Part shown: in pieces, positions 27,420 to 41,394 of the stretch
How positions within the stretch are numbered: position 1 is the stretch's first letter
Layout of the letters: every line of letters starts with the position of its first letter
Origin: Eledone cirrhosa
Taxonomy: Eukaryota
Assembly (NCBI GenBank): GCA_964016885.1
Contig: OZ024740.1
Span: 329,654,001-329,718,000, forward strand
Direction of reading: 5' to 3'
Length of the DNA stretch: 64,000 nt
Position numbers and translations under genes: made by a program
Notes under the pieces: generated by a model
Seen by the model: the letters and a program-made list of their open reading frames with translations, nothing else
Database searches by the model: none
Told to the model about the DNA's origin: nothing

Positions 27420-27675
27420 ACTCTTCCTTCTCCTAGAATTCTGCCTTGACAAAGGCTAAGGGGTCATCTCTGCCCGTGATTTTGGATGGCCATTGACTCT
27501 CTAGAGCTCCTTTGCCCTTTGACAGCATTTTGTTTTTAGTCCTGCAGGATGTCAAAAGTCACCCTCCTCACCAAGAAACCTTGGTGGGGTTGCCAGTTTA
27601 GTCGCCAACGACCCTACCATGAGACAGGTTGTACTGGGATACATGTTACCAGTAGCACCAACTGGTGACCTGACA
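27420..27675 (-). mobile_element. Probable RTE 5'UTR-derived repeat
   Basis: Minus strand contains tagcctt..ggca..tctaggagaaggaa, a motif I recall from RTE 5' regions and RTE-derived non-autonomous elements. Confidence 0.4.
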
Positions 27676-28741
27676 TACATACATACATGCATACATACAT
27701 ACCTCTAATTTAATTTGATGTAACAAAATGATTAAAGTATGTAATACAACACTACATCGAATTTTTATGATATACATATTGGTTGCCTACAATATTGTCA
27801 AGCGGTGCTGTGTGACAACATGCTATCAGTCATTTGTCTATATCCTTCACATTCTGATGGGAGAATCTTTCTATCCGAATCAAACATCAAAATCCGTTAC
27901 AACTGGTTCACAGTATTTTCAAATGTATTGCTTGGTTTTGTTAAAGGATAGTGTTGTTTTTTTATAATGCTGTATTATTTATGATATCCTGAGAAACCTG
28001 TCTACTGTTTATTTCATATCGTGTAGCGTACATTAAGATAGATTTTCTTTCATTCGATAGATATTCTCTTATTCGTTCTCATTCTAAGTAGATTTTCTTT
28101 CTTAATTTTGTTTACTATGTCTCAATTTGACTAAATGCATACGACTGAAAGACGGGAAGGAAAAAGAAGGCAAAGAAAAAGAGATAGAGATAACAGAACT
28201 ATCAAATAAAAAGAGAACTTAATCCGTACTCAAACTATGCGATCCTCACCACATATAAATATTGTATCTTTGTAGGAGTGGACATAATTTTCTTTTACAA
28301 TTCAACTGGCATCTTGCCAGAAAACTAAATCTCTTCTAGAATGAAGTAGGTAAATATCAAATAAAAATGTATGCAACTCTAATTGCATGGCAACTTCATT
28401 ATGAGCTATGTACAGTATATGGGTTTCTGTGAGCACTAAACACAATATATTAACCTGATATTAGGTGGCATGAACCATTGAAAAACATTCTACTATTGTA
28501 AGTCTGCAAGTTTAAAAAAAACGAACTTACAAAGTTCTTACAAATACACACAGTTGTCCAAATAAAGGATGCAAATCAATTAAACAAACACCAGCCACAA
28601 AATACAGTATACATATGTACTGTTTTATGTACTGGAGTGTCAATATAAATTTGGTGTGTCTTGTTGCGATACATCGCAATGCATCAAATGATAGAGCACA
28701 GAAAGATGAATGAACACCAGCCACAAACACGTATACATATG

Positions 28742-28894
<153 letters not shown>

Positions 28895-29285
28895 GGGAGA
28901 TAATGTATAAAGTATCCTGATCCCAAAAGATAAGGAAATTTAAAATATATAGTTGTAAACCAAAATGAAATAAGAAGTTTCACGCAACACAGATGCAAGC
29001 AAAGACGAAATGTAAGCAGAAGTGAAAAGCGAGGCGAATAGACATATAAAAGTTAAAAGATTTGGTAGGTTAAATCACGAATATAGAATTGTACACAGCC
29101 TGGTAAAATAACAAACACTATAAAAACGAAAACTTATTTAAAGAAACATCGACCTATACCAAATCCTATAGAAATCAAATGAAACTATGAATCAAAAAGC
29201 TTTTTCGAAGATCTAAGAATCGAAAACTCTATATATAACATCTATAAATAGGACATAGATTTAATAGTTTAATATTTAAATTCGC

Positions 29286-31050
29286 ATGGTAGATATTCCT
29301 GTAGATCAACAAAAAATGAAACGTAGTGTAAAATTAGAAGCACCAATCATTGAGGAATCTGCGCATCAAATAGATGAAAGTATATTTCACATCATCATCA
29401 ATGATAGTAATAAAATATTAGTCGGAATTCAAATACCTAATCAGGAAAGAGAAATCTCTGATAGAAAACAGTACACCTCGCAATCCTTAATGAAGTCAAT
29501 AACGAAAAAAGTTTCAGGAAAATCTAAAAGAAAACATGCCGACATAAATGAAAAACAAAAAAAATTGAACGATATATCAAGAATTAAATATCAAAGACAA
29601 ATCGTCTTCCACGACATATTTCGTGATGCAGAAAACGCACCATATAGTCCTTTTATTGACAAAACACACACAAAATTGTCTATGACGAAAGAAAATATAA
29701 TCTCACAAATTCTACAGAAACTGAAATATTTTAACACTATAATCATTAGCGATAAATGAAGCGTCATTAAAGATGATTGGTTCCATCTAACATAATGAAG
29801 AAATGCGTGTATACTGACTAGAGGTAACTTTAAGCATGAATTCGCTCTTATTTGAAGAGTAAGTTTGATATGTCCCACTCCCAATGTTCAAGCTTTTCTC
29901 TCTCTTGTTTAATCAATCATTTTCTCATATGGTCGATCTAGCGTCGTATGTTGTAGAGAATAATAAATTTTTAAAACGGTTATTTATATGAACAGATTCA
30001 TTATTGGAATCCATTCGAATCTTCATGGTTGCCTTGATGATAAGCATTTATGCATCTATACTATTATCATATTATATACAAATAGTGAAAACAGAATACC
30101 TCAAAGATAAATATGTGAGGAATAAAATCTTCATATAGTGTATAAGTCACAATTCGAAGTCAGGTTTATCGGAGAATATATCAGACACAAATTAAGACAT
30201 AACAAAAATGTAATTGGAAAAATAATGAACTATATATACTGTGTAGTCATATTATTCTCAAGACGCCAATGTAACAACTGAAAGTGTTTATGAGAACAAT
30301 TCAAAGTGATTCTGAAATACTCTGTTAAATATAGTAAAATTATGATTGTATTTACGATTCATCTAAAATGATATGGGACCTAGGTACAAAGAAAGTGTTT
30401 TTTGTAGCATATTCACAATATCAATAGAAAGTATAAAGAAAATAATAAACATATTTTAATACCCGTAGCAATAAAACAGAAATGAGACAAATGGTTTAGT
30501 ATATTTATAGAATACAGTAAATATACATCAGACGCCGACACAACAGCAATGACAGAGAGAATAAAGTGTTAGCAATATATATTGTTAAATCGCTAAAATG
30601 TGTCTGCAATACATTACGATAAAACACAGGAGAAAATAGCTCTGCATATCACCAGTTCTTCTGAGGAGTGGAAAGGCTGAAAATAGATAATGATCTATTT
30701 CAGTACGATTTGAGAAGCTCAAAACTGATAATGTCACACGATTAAATTCTTCCTACCCGAATCCACAAAGTCTATTTAAGAAAACATGTTTCATTAAATA
30801 GCCGCAGAAATACTGGGATTGGCACAGAAACAGTTGCTCCCAATATCTATTAAGATGTATACAACATACTATTTCACAATCATATTCCAATGTTATACCA
30901 ACATGAGAAGTAAAATATACAAATGTTAAGAAGGAACACCAACCATACAAAACAGAACTTAAAATGTACTATACATACATAGTTATTCGCTCTGAAGCCA
31001 ATATTATGCACACCTCAAGAACACAATGACAACAATAAATATTTCAAATG
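29286..31050 (+). pseudogene. Highly decayed Jockey/I-like LINE ORF2 remnant
   Basis: Ordered weak motifs: TKENIISQILQKLK, LFNQSFS, and RNTGIGTETV..IQNRT in the thumb region; many stops. Confidence 0.38.
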
Positions 31051-34000
31051 TTTCACTAAAGTCATCATATTAAACAGGATATCAAACAGTAATTTAAATC
31101 AACATCTATACATGGTTATTACTTATTTTCTTAACCTAGGAAGACAGAAGGTGAAGTAGACTGAGAATATAATACTGATGTTAATCAACACAAATAATGA
31201 CAGTGCTTGTAACTTGTAGTATTCTCGGCATAGAGAGTTGGACAAATGGAAATAAATAACAAGTTAAAATATATAAATGTGAAATTCTATTCATATTAAT
31301 CAACTGTTGGTTGACAAACCGTTGTATAAACAGATATAGGAATCTATTTAATTATGAATAACCTTAGACGTCTCAAATAAATATCATTTAAAACTTTTTC
31401 CTCTGCCCCAATCGTGTTTTCTAGTTTTTTGGCATTTACTGCTTCCTCGATTATTTTCCTCTGTCCAAAACTAAACAGACTGGCATTATTCCAATCTTAT
31501 TCTTCAGCTAAAACTTACGCTGGAAGACTATTCATTTAAGATAGATTTCACCTAGATGGATGGTAGGAAAAAAACAAAGGATAAATATATATTCTGACGT
31601 CGTGTTGACTGTTATGATATAATTGTTGTTGTTACTTTTGGTTTTGTTATTGTCAATCATGTTATTGTCGTTCGTATGAATGTCGATATACTCATGTCTA
31701 GTTTGCAAAATAGGAAAACATATAGAAGCTGTGAATTACAATGTAATATTGTAACAGTGGTATTGAATGTTGACTGCTTTTGAGGTATTATTTGAAAACA
31801 GAGGGATAACTTAAAATCGCGTGGTTTTGTAATACTACAATCTCTACATTTATGTCTTAGTTAATTCAGTTGAAAATATAGCCGAATCATTTTTCTTTTG
31901 TACCTTGATTTACTAGATAAAGTGTGAGAAAACTACGTCTGTATATTTCAATGTCTATGACGAAGGCAACATGTCTAAAATAATTATTTTAGATAGTGTT
32001 GAAGGCAAATAAGAGTAGTATGAACAGGATCGAAAGGCTTAAGGTTGGCTATTAATCAACAGAACGACAAATGACAATTCAACATCAATTTAATGCTTTC
32101 TTGTATTGATGCAATGCACAAGGCCTCATGGGGCAAGAGATCAAGGAAAAGATTTACTATATTCTCGAATGCGCCGAAATGCAAATTCAAATGTAACATG
32201 TTTTTTAATACGATGCTAAGTAGAAATATATTATTGGTTTAAGTTCCATTAGACCCACTTCGATTATTAAATCCATTTCAAAATTGTATAATACTTACAT
32301 GAAATGCATTGACCTACGTAGACAAATGCACACAGACAAATTCACCCTCGCATCAAAGAAAAATGGGATGGTTGACTTATATTTGATTGTGAATTTTATG
32401 CAATAAAATATAATTGCATCAACCATGGCCGTCGTTGATAAATGACATTTATGAAAGAAATGATCCTACAATGGTTTAACTAAGATATATTGAAAATAAA
32501 TTCCTTTTTAAGCTGAATACAATCTCATCCCAATAGAATATGTAGTATTGAGTGCTAAAATAAATTAGTGAGACGTGTATATATTTTAACGTGTATATAT
32601 TTTGATGTTCATATCTATCCATTCATTTATTTATCTACATATTTATCTATCTATGTATCTGTCGGCCTGGTTGTTCATATGTATGCATGTCTTTCTCTTT
32701 GCCTGGCTGTTTCTCCGTATGTGTATCAACATTTAAACCAACCGTTCAGCGATTTATATGTCCATCCAACTATCCAACTATCTATCGTTTCATCTCCACC
32801 CCCTCGCTCTCTATCTCCTCATGTTTGATAGTTCTGGGGTTAAATGCGATGGGTCCTTCGTCAGTTTCAACGATGAGTTTCATTATTTTGATCAATGTAA
32901 CATATTTTTGTAGGCGTCTGAGCATTTCACAGATTCATTCAGCATTACACAATATGTGAAAAGCTGATCCCTTGAATTACATGTACATCCAAACGAACGA
33001 ACCTCCAAACAGATTCCGTCTACCCTATCTAATTTTTGAAGCAATGATAAAGATACCTCACCAACATGCTACGCAGTGTAGTCGAATTCAGGACTTAATA
33101 ATTGCGAACCGATCCCCTCTGTTCACTGTTAAAAAAGAGCGAAAAAAGTGACAGTAATATGTTCATGTTCAAAGACAAGAACGCCTCAAACAAATAGAAT
33201 CAAATATTCTTATCCACAGAGCATATTTGAAACACACTAACAGAGATACAGCACACGGCTCGTACAATTATGGTTTAACCGTAAGACTTGTACCTTGTTA
33301 TGTTTGCGCCATTGCTCAAAATGACAGTAATTCTATAAATGTAAACTTAACAAAATAGGAAATATAGACTTTAAGTTTAAATGTATCCGGGTTCGAGATG
33401 ATTTTATTTTTTTTAAATATATAATAAAATATACCCTGGTAATATTCAGAGGTTAACAATAATAACTATATTGCCTTTCGTTGCAGCATTACCGTACTGC
33501 CTGTGGGAAAGTAAAATCAATATTTCCCTGCTTTTCTTTGGTGAAAGACGACCTGATACAGATTTATTTCTAATGACTGACGCGTTGTCATGGCGATGCT
33601 ACTTTGGTATATTACTGTCAGAATTACTCTCCGTTGACTAACATATCGTGTGCTAACTTTATTATCACTAGATGGTGTTTATTGAAATAGATTTACTACC
33701 TGTTTGTGGTCTGCATGCAGTATCAATCCTCTCCATAGACACACCGTATTGTTGTCTTACAAATGAACATTTTTCATTATTGGTTTTATCTGGAAGATAG
33801 TCATACCATAAATTTCGCAGACATTCCCTGATCACTGGGCTTGATGATGCTGATAATATCTCATTTATGCTGTTGCAAATTCAGAGCTCTGCAGGCTAGT
33901 AATGATCTCTGGGTGCCTATATTATGTGGTGTGAGTATTATCCGGTTTATACGGTTGGCAAAATATGTGTAACAAATGGAAAAAAGATGTGAGTCGGATG

Positions 34001-34724
34001 CACGTGAATGGATGGGAAACAGATACAATATGCGCTGGGGTTCAGAAGCAACTGTAAAAGTGGTAGACGAAGCACACTGAAGAGACAATATTTAGGTAGT
34101 AGTCTATTTGCGAATAACTTCATAATGATACCTTCCGTCATCTCGCTTTGGGTGTGACCTATTATGAACATTAGTGTTGCAGCATCACTTCCTTTGATAT
34201 AAGAGAATATTTCATTTGTGTTTTCGCAGTTGCTTTCTTGTAGATATGCATTTGGTGAATAGATACTTACTGAAGGCTAATCTATCGAATATTTTGAGAA
34301 CCTTCGTGATATTCGCTAGAGTTATATGCTCAATTATCATGGTTATTGGAGAGTCTTCATTGTCTAGGTTTCTTAAACTTACTCATCGATAAATTTGAAT
34401 TTTCTTCCCTCTAATCAAAATGTTTACAACTATATATACTTTTCTATGTTCATATATACCTCCTCATATATTTTCCAGCATATATTTTTACGTATTTTCT
34501 ACATATTTACATTGTAAACAATAAGATACACCCACGTTAATCTCAACCATTTAAACATCGTGATGATATTCAAACACAGTTTATTGTATTAAATATGATA
34601 AACATGGACTAAGTGTATGGTAAAGGAAGTATGACAAAACGAATCAATAATTTACCTTATATATTTCATGATATAACAATGTTATAGCCTTTTTTCAAAT
34701 GACAAACGAAGTAACATTGAAGTG

Positions 34725-34950
34725 ACTTGGTAATGGTTGGTTCATGCATGTTTATTAGAAGAGCCTTATTTATTTGCAAGTTATCCACGCTCTTCTTGAT
34801 GATTTCTATGGTGACCTCAATGTTTGGCATTTCTTTGTGTGATTTATGGGGATTGGAAATATTCGTGACTCTGTATTATTTAATCGTTATCTGTAGCACA
34901 GTGCTCCCAATACATGAGTTACCAAATGTTTTGAAGACGACTATGTAAAA
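34725..34950 (-). mobile_element. Possible PLE GIY-YIG C-terminal remnant
   Basis: Minus: HKSHKEMPNIEVTIEIIKKSVDNLQINKALLINMHEPTIT, resembling Il..L.i.Eal.I..P.iN. Confidence 0.45.
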
Positions 34951-34999
34951 CGCATACGAGTCTCAGAGGTGGTCCTGAATGAGGCAGTCGTATATTCAG

Positions 35000-35620
35000 A
35001 CCTCCCTCACAGATAGTGAGGCAGATTTGATAAGAAATCTTTTAATTCTTTCATGATAGCATTTATGCCACTCGTTGAATCAGTTGCGTAACCGGAGCAG
35101 CTCATCCCGCATATAGGACATATACTTCCTGCTGGGTGGGAAGGAATCTTGGTGCACAAGTGTGCCCCGGCAGGCGTCTTTTTAAATTTGACATTGAATA
35201 TATAGTCCTTTTCTCTCTGGTTCATAGCTTGAAGTTTATTGGGGAGATATGTGATTTGTTATCACACTGGACAATTTCAAAGATAGTGTTTTTGTTAGCG
35301 CTTTAGACATTATATATTTTGACAGCCTCATTTTGCAAGCTACATACCTGGAGAATATGGGGCAACGGCAGCTCATGATAATATCTACAATCTCCAGGTG
35401 GTCATGCATGTGGTGGCTGGAAGCCACGAGTTACTTGACGCAATCGCTAGTCCCCAAATTTGCTTTAGTTATAGCACTTGAAATAGACGATCAGTCTATC
35501 TGGCTCAGCAACGACGGAAGAAATACTACTAATACTCCGTGGAATAAAATTCGTTATCTATCAGCTCTATAACAAGAAATCGAAGCAATATACGTCTGGC
35601 TACTGCCTCTCGAACAACAT
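35000..35620 (-). mobile_element. Decayed RTE LINE 3' fragment
   Basis: C-terminal ICPICGMSCS zinc-finger-like motif plus upstream RTE thumb-like remnants. Confidence 0.5.
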
Positions 35621-35770
35621 ATCACTTGAAGTGGATCACATTCCTAAAATGCATAACTGCCACTACCACATCTAATACTATCCCTACCGCTGCAGTTTCT
35701 ATTTTTGTCAACACTACTGCAGCCACCACTGCCCATGCTGCTACTGCTGCTTCTCTTGCTGCTGCTTCTG

Positions 35771-35904
<134 letters not shown>

Positions 35905-36249
35905 CTAGTCATTCAACAAAACTCAGTAACGACAACGCCACCGCCGCCACCACTCCATCCATCATTGCTACCACTATCCCATCACCCCCGCCATCACTCC
36001 TTCATTGCTACCACCACTATTTCCCTGTTAACTTAAGAAAGGGGAAGGTGGCGGTATCACTAGACAAGGGAGAGGCTAGCAAAAGATATAAATAGATTGA
36101 CTTAGTGACCTGGCCACCGGCCAAATGTCAACAACTATGGCACTGATGGCTCCCCCCTTCCTCACCAACAATATAAAAAGCCCCAGCACCACCACCGACA
36201 TAGCTAACAACAATAACAGGCAACTTCAGCAAAAAGTATTTATATTATT

Positions 36250-36305
36250 GTAATGCACTGGGTGATTGCTGGCCTTGTGCCTGGAGTGGAGACAATTATT
36301 AATAA
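36250..36305 (+). mobile_element. Nin-SINE 3' tail fragment
   Basis: gtaatgcactgg..attgctggccttgtgcc..agacaattatt. Confidence 0.7.
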
Positions 36306-36309
36306 TTTC

Positions 36310-39300
36310 ATTCTTAAGCCACGCAATGCTCACATTTAGGAACCACTCATGATAATAACAATTTAAAAAAACAACAAAAAAGAAAACCCCGTGACCAAGA
36401 AATACCGGGATGGCGGCCGGCGGGGAATAGCCGTGTCTCTAGGGGAGAACGACCCCTCTAGTCTTGGTTGACACTCGTTCTAGAAGTGGTAACACGAAAT
36501 AATTTCCCCTTGGCGGATAAGGATAAAACGCGACAAAATAAAGTAAATGTCTAATGATAAAATCTCATACCGGATCGGCTGTCACCCGGGTAAAAAAGGG
36601 CCGCGTCCCTCAGAGAGGAACCAGACTGGGGCCGAAAAATCAGCTAATGGTTCAAACCTTCCCATCACTTCGGAGCTGGAGACCTCCCATAACCGGAATA
36701 CTCCTACTGTTGGCCCTCCATGCTCACCACCAAGAAATCCAAAGAAAAAGAGAGAAAAATGGTCAAGGGAAGATAATAAAGAAGTCCTTGAGGCTTTCTA
36801 CACTGCCATGTACTACTCATCAAATACATCGAATACAGAACAGACATATATCAACTGGAAAAAGAAACATCCCGAAAACAGAGGCTATATTGACAGTAAC
36901 AAACTAGCCAATATACGAAGAAATATTGTAAAAAAAAAGTTACGAACTGATATAGAAATTGATCAGATCAAGCTATTAGCACAAAGTCAGCGAAGGGAAA
37001 ATGAAACATCTATCAGTGAAAACGAGGTAAATTGTAACACTTCGAATCCCAGGGTTGGGGCGGAATCACTGGCAACAGAACAAATTAAAGAAAGGATCGA
37101 AAAAGTGGAGGGAGTGCATGCTCAAGATGAAACTCCAAATGAAAATAATGAGATCGTAAATGATAAAGAAATGAATGAGAATGAACTTGCCAACTTGAAG
37201 GATGAAATTATGATCGAATGGAGGAAAATGAAAGAATCTGACATGGGGCAACGAGACACCCTCCCTAAGATCCAGAACTCCAAACAGAACCAAAAGATAA
37301 TACACAAGACTAACATAATTCTCAAAAACATTATCATCGCAAACAAACTAAACATTACTGATTTAAATCATCTCTATTATGCATCGGCTAAAGTCACCAC
37401 TCACTTATGTGGAGTGAAGATGAAAAAACAAAGGAATTCCCACAAGAAATCTACTTGGCAAGAGAACATCAATCGCAAAATAAACCTTCTCCGATCTGAC
37501 ATAGAAATTTTAACAAACTATAAAGTAGGTGAACATGTTAAACAAACTAAACTTAGAAAATTGAAAAGAAAGTACAGTATAAAATCAACAAGTGACATAG
37601 ACATACTGATAGAAATAATCAAGCAAAAAGTGTCGGCCAAAGCTGCTCGTATAAGGCGCTTTGAAAAACGATCTAGATTCTATAAGGACAATAATATGTT
37701 CAAAAACAACCAAAGAAACTTCTACAGAAAAATTGGTAAGTCAACAATAACTGCTAAATCAATACCATCCAAGGAGGAAGTGCAAGAATTCTGAGAAAAG
37801 ATCTGGGCCGAAGAAAAAGTTCATAACATACATGCCCCATGGATAGAGAGACAAATGAAAGATACAGCTCACCTTGAAGAACAAATATGGGAAAATATAA
37901 CAGTTGAACAGTTGCGCTTGGCTCTAAGAAAAACCAGCAAATGGAAATCCCCAGGAAAAGACAAAATACAAAATTTTTTGATAAATGCTTTTACAGAGTC
38001 TCATGAGCTGTTAGCCCAACTTTACAATGAAATAGTTAAGGAGCCAGAAAAGATACCATCATGGCTAGTTAACGGCATTACATTCCTGCTTCCGAAGAAT
38101 GATGAGACAAACAATCCCCAAAATTACAGACCGATAACTTGCTTGACAACAATGTATAAAATGTTAACATCAGTCCTAACTTAATACACATATGACCACT
38201 TGATAACAAATGACCTATTTCCCATTGAGCAGAAAGGGTGTAAACGAGGCTCATATGGCTGTAAGGATCACCTTTTGGTTAACAATATGATACTGGAAGA
38301 TTGTCATAATAGACACAAAATCTATCAATTGCTTGGATAGATTATAAAAAACATTCGATAGTTTGCCACACAGTTGGGTTGAACAATGTTTAGAGATTTT
38401 CAAAATATCCCCCGTTGTCAGGAGGTGTTTGTCATTCAGTATGAAGACATGGAAAACGACACTCCTTTTGAATAGTGAAACAAAATCACAGGAAGCTGGA
38501 GAAGTTAATATTAATTGTGGAATTTTTCAGGGTGTCTCTTTATCAGCGCTTTTATTCTGCATCGCAATTATACCATTAAGTAAAATGCTCAATGAAACAA
38601 AACATGGATATAAAGTCTATGACAAAACCATTAATCACTTGTTCTACATGGATGACCTGAAACTATTTGCAAAAAATGATGAACAATTGCAAGGGCTATT
38701 ATCCACTGTGGGGCAGTTCAGTGATGACATTAAAATGGAGTTTGGACTAGATAAATGCGCCAAAGCAACGTTCACCAGAGGAAAGCTGCTGAAGAGTTCA
38801 GACATTAATCTTGATCGGGGGAATGTGATAAGAGAACTTGATCAAGAGGAAACTTATAAATATCTAGGTGTTTGTGAAGGAGACGGAATCAAGCACTCGA
38901 CAATGAGGGGAAGGATAAGGAAGGAATGTTACCGCAGAGTAAGAGCAATCTTAAGAACGGAATTGAATGCAAGGAATAGGATCGATGCCATAAACACGCT
39001 TGCCATACCAGTAGTAACCTACAGTTACAATGTCATCAACTGGTCAAGCACAGAGATCCGTAGGCTCGATACAGAAATTCGAAAATTATTAACCATGCAC
39101 AGAATGCATCACCCTAAGGCAGATACAGATAGAATATATCTCCCTAGGAAAGAAGGAGGACGTGGGTTAATCCAGTTAGACATTGCGTTGAAAACTGCAA
39201 CAATTGGGTTATCTACATATCTAAGGGAATCACATGATTGGATGATCAAACTCGTTTAGAAACACGAAAGCATCAAAAGATCATACTCCATTACAAAAGA

Positions 39301-40338
39301 TGCACAAAGATACAGTGATGGACTACAAATTTCAGAAGCCCCATTTACTACTGAAATGGAAAACACAGAAAAATTAAAGCAGGTAAAAGTAACTGCAAAG
39401 AAGAACTGCTACAGAAACTGGCTAAGAAATGGCAAGAAAATCCTCTGTATGGAAAATACCCAGAACGGGATAACTATCCTGATGTTGACAAAACTTTAAC
39501 CCATCAGTGGTTGGCATCCTCTGGACTGAAATCGGAGACTGAAGGACTGATTGTATCAGCACAAGACCAGTGTCTGCCAACAAAAAATTACCAAGCCAAC
39601 ATAATAAAAAATAGATGCAGCCCATTATGCCGTGTATGTAAAATACAACTAGAGACCATTGACCATATAATTTCAATGTGCAGTCCTATAGCTCCAACCG
39701 AATACCTAAACAGGCATGACAGAGCTGCACAATACATACATTGGATAATGTGTAAGCATTTTGGCCTGCCCCATCAAAAGAATTGGTGGGAGCATCAACC
39801 ACCTCCCATACTTGAAAAAGATCAAATCGCAATCTTGTGGAACTTTAGCATCCAAACAGACCGAAAAATAGATGCAAATAGACCTGATATACTATTGAAG
39901 GACTTTAAAAAGAGGGTATACCTGCTAATTGATGTGTCTGTTCCAATAGACAAGAATGTATCTATAAAAACATTTGAAAAACTGAGCAAGTATAAGGACC
40001 TGGAGATAGAAATTGGAAAAATGTGGAAATTGAGAACTAAAACAATACCAGTGGTTGTAGGCGCTCTAGGAATTATACCTAAGGGGTCTAATGATTACTT
40101 ATCGCAAATCCCAGGAAACCCGCGTACAGGAGAAATAGAAAAGATAGTACTAATGGGAACTGCCCATATACTAAGGAAGATTCTGTCAATATAAGTACAT
40201 CACAAGTCTAAACACCTAAAGATGTATGTGTGAGTATGTATGTTCTTTCTTGAACATGGCGGACCTTGTTGTCTCTTGAGGTCACTGGTTGTGACTTGGT
40301 GATAACTGGTATGAACATAAAGCAAGATAAATGCAGCT

Positions 40339-40340
<2 letters not shown>
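36310..40340 (+). mobile_element. Near full-length R4/Dong-clade RLE LINE (element A), disrupted ORF 36547-40194
   Basis: N-terminal REKWSREDNKEV; RT (WKSPGKD, NYRPITCL, GIFQG, HLFYMDDLKLF, YKYLGV); RLY-type YLPRKEGGRGL; CCHC CRVC..H..C; RHD; RLE RPDI..LIDVSVP..EKLSKYKDL; ends in (TAA)n. Confidence 0.93.
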
Positions 40341-40384
<44 letters not shown>

Positions 40385-40388
<4 letters not shown>

Positions 40389-40478
40389 TGTTTCTACGTT
40401 AGGCACAAGGCCAGTAATTACTCAGTGCATTACTGGTACTTAATTTTATCGACCCCGTAAGGATGAAAGGCAAAGTTA
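40385..40478 (-). mobile_element. Nin-domain SINE, 5'-truncated, flanked by (TAA)n on both sides
   Basis: Same family as 23701-23803. Confidence 0.88.
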
Positions 40479-41394
40479 ATAATAATAATAATAATAATAA
40501 ATATAGGTAAGATACGACCATGGTGGATAGAGTGTTATGGAATCGCTCCCGTAAGTTTTTGATTTTTTACATATTTAAAACAATTGTGATAGAATAATTC
40601 TTATTACAAATGGAACATAAGATACCAGTCTTAACTCCCAGGAAGTGTCAACGCATCACATTATGGTATAGGGCTCCAATATTTAATATTTAATTTTGTA
40701 TCATAAATGTTATAGTAAAAAAAGAAAATGTTTACAAGCAACAGCCAAATAATTTCACCAATTTCACCTCACCAACAAAACCATCACCACTACCACAACA
40801 TAATACAAACTAGCGGCTGCAGCAACACCCTCACCATAGTACTACTATCCAATCACCACCGCCACCACTGCATCATCGCTACCACTACTATTCCCTCACT
40901 ACCTCCTGTTAAGAGAGGCATGGTAGTAGTCTCACTACATATGAATAGAAGCGAGGAAGGCATCAAAATATATAAATAGACTGATTTAGTGACCCAGTCA
41001 AACAGCTAACAACAACAACAACAACACCAACATAATTATTGTTGTTGTATCCTTAAACTATCTGAAAATGTTTAGTTTAAACGATGTCAAATCTAGACTA
41101 TAATATACTAATAATAATAAGCAACAAATCGGAAGATTATAGAACAGAACAGACAAAAACAAATCCAACAACAATAACAAATTTCAAAAGTTTTGAACGC
41201 AACAACACATACTTCCCACGTAGCTAAAATCAAAAACAGCAGCAGCAGCAACAACAACACTAGTAACCGATGTTACTGGCCTTGAAAAACGAAAAACGTA
41301 AAGGAAAAAAAAAACAAGTCAGACATTCAAACATTACAATGAAACTTGTTTATTTTTTTAAGTTTTCATCTATTTATTTTTTTATTTATTTATG

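Noticed and set aside
29286-29759. 157-aa ORF as a host gene
   Set aside because: Better explained as an open stretch of a decayed LINE ORF2; no domain or splice support.
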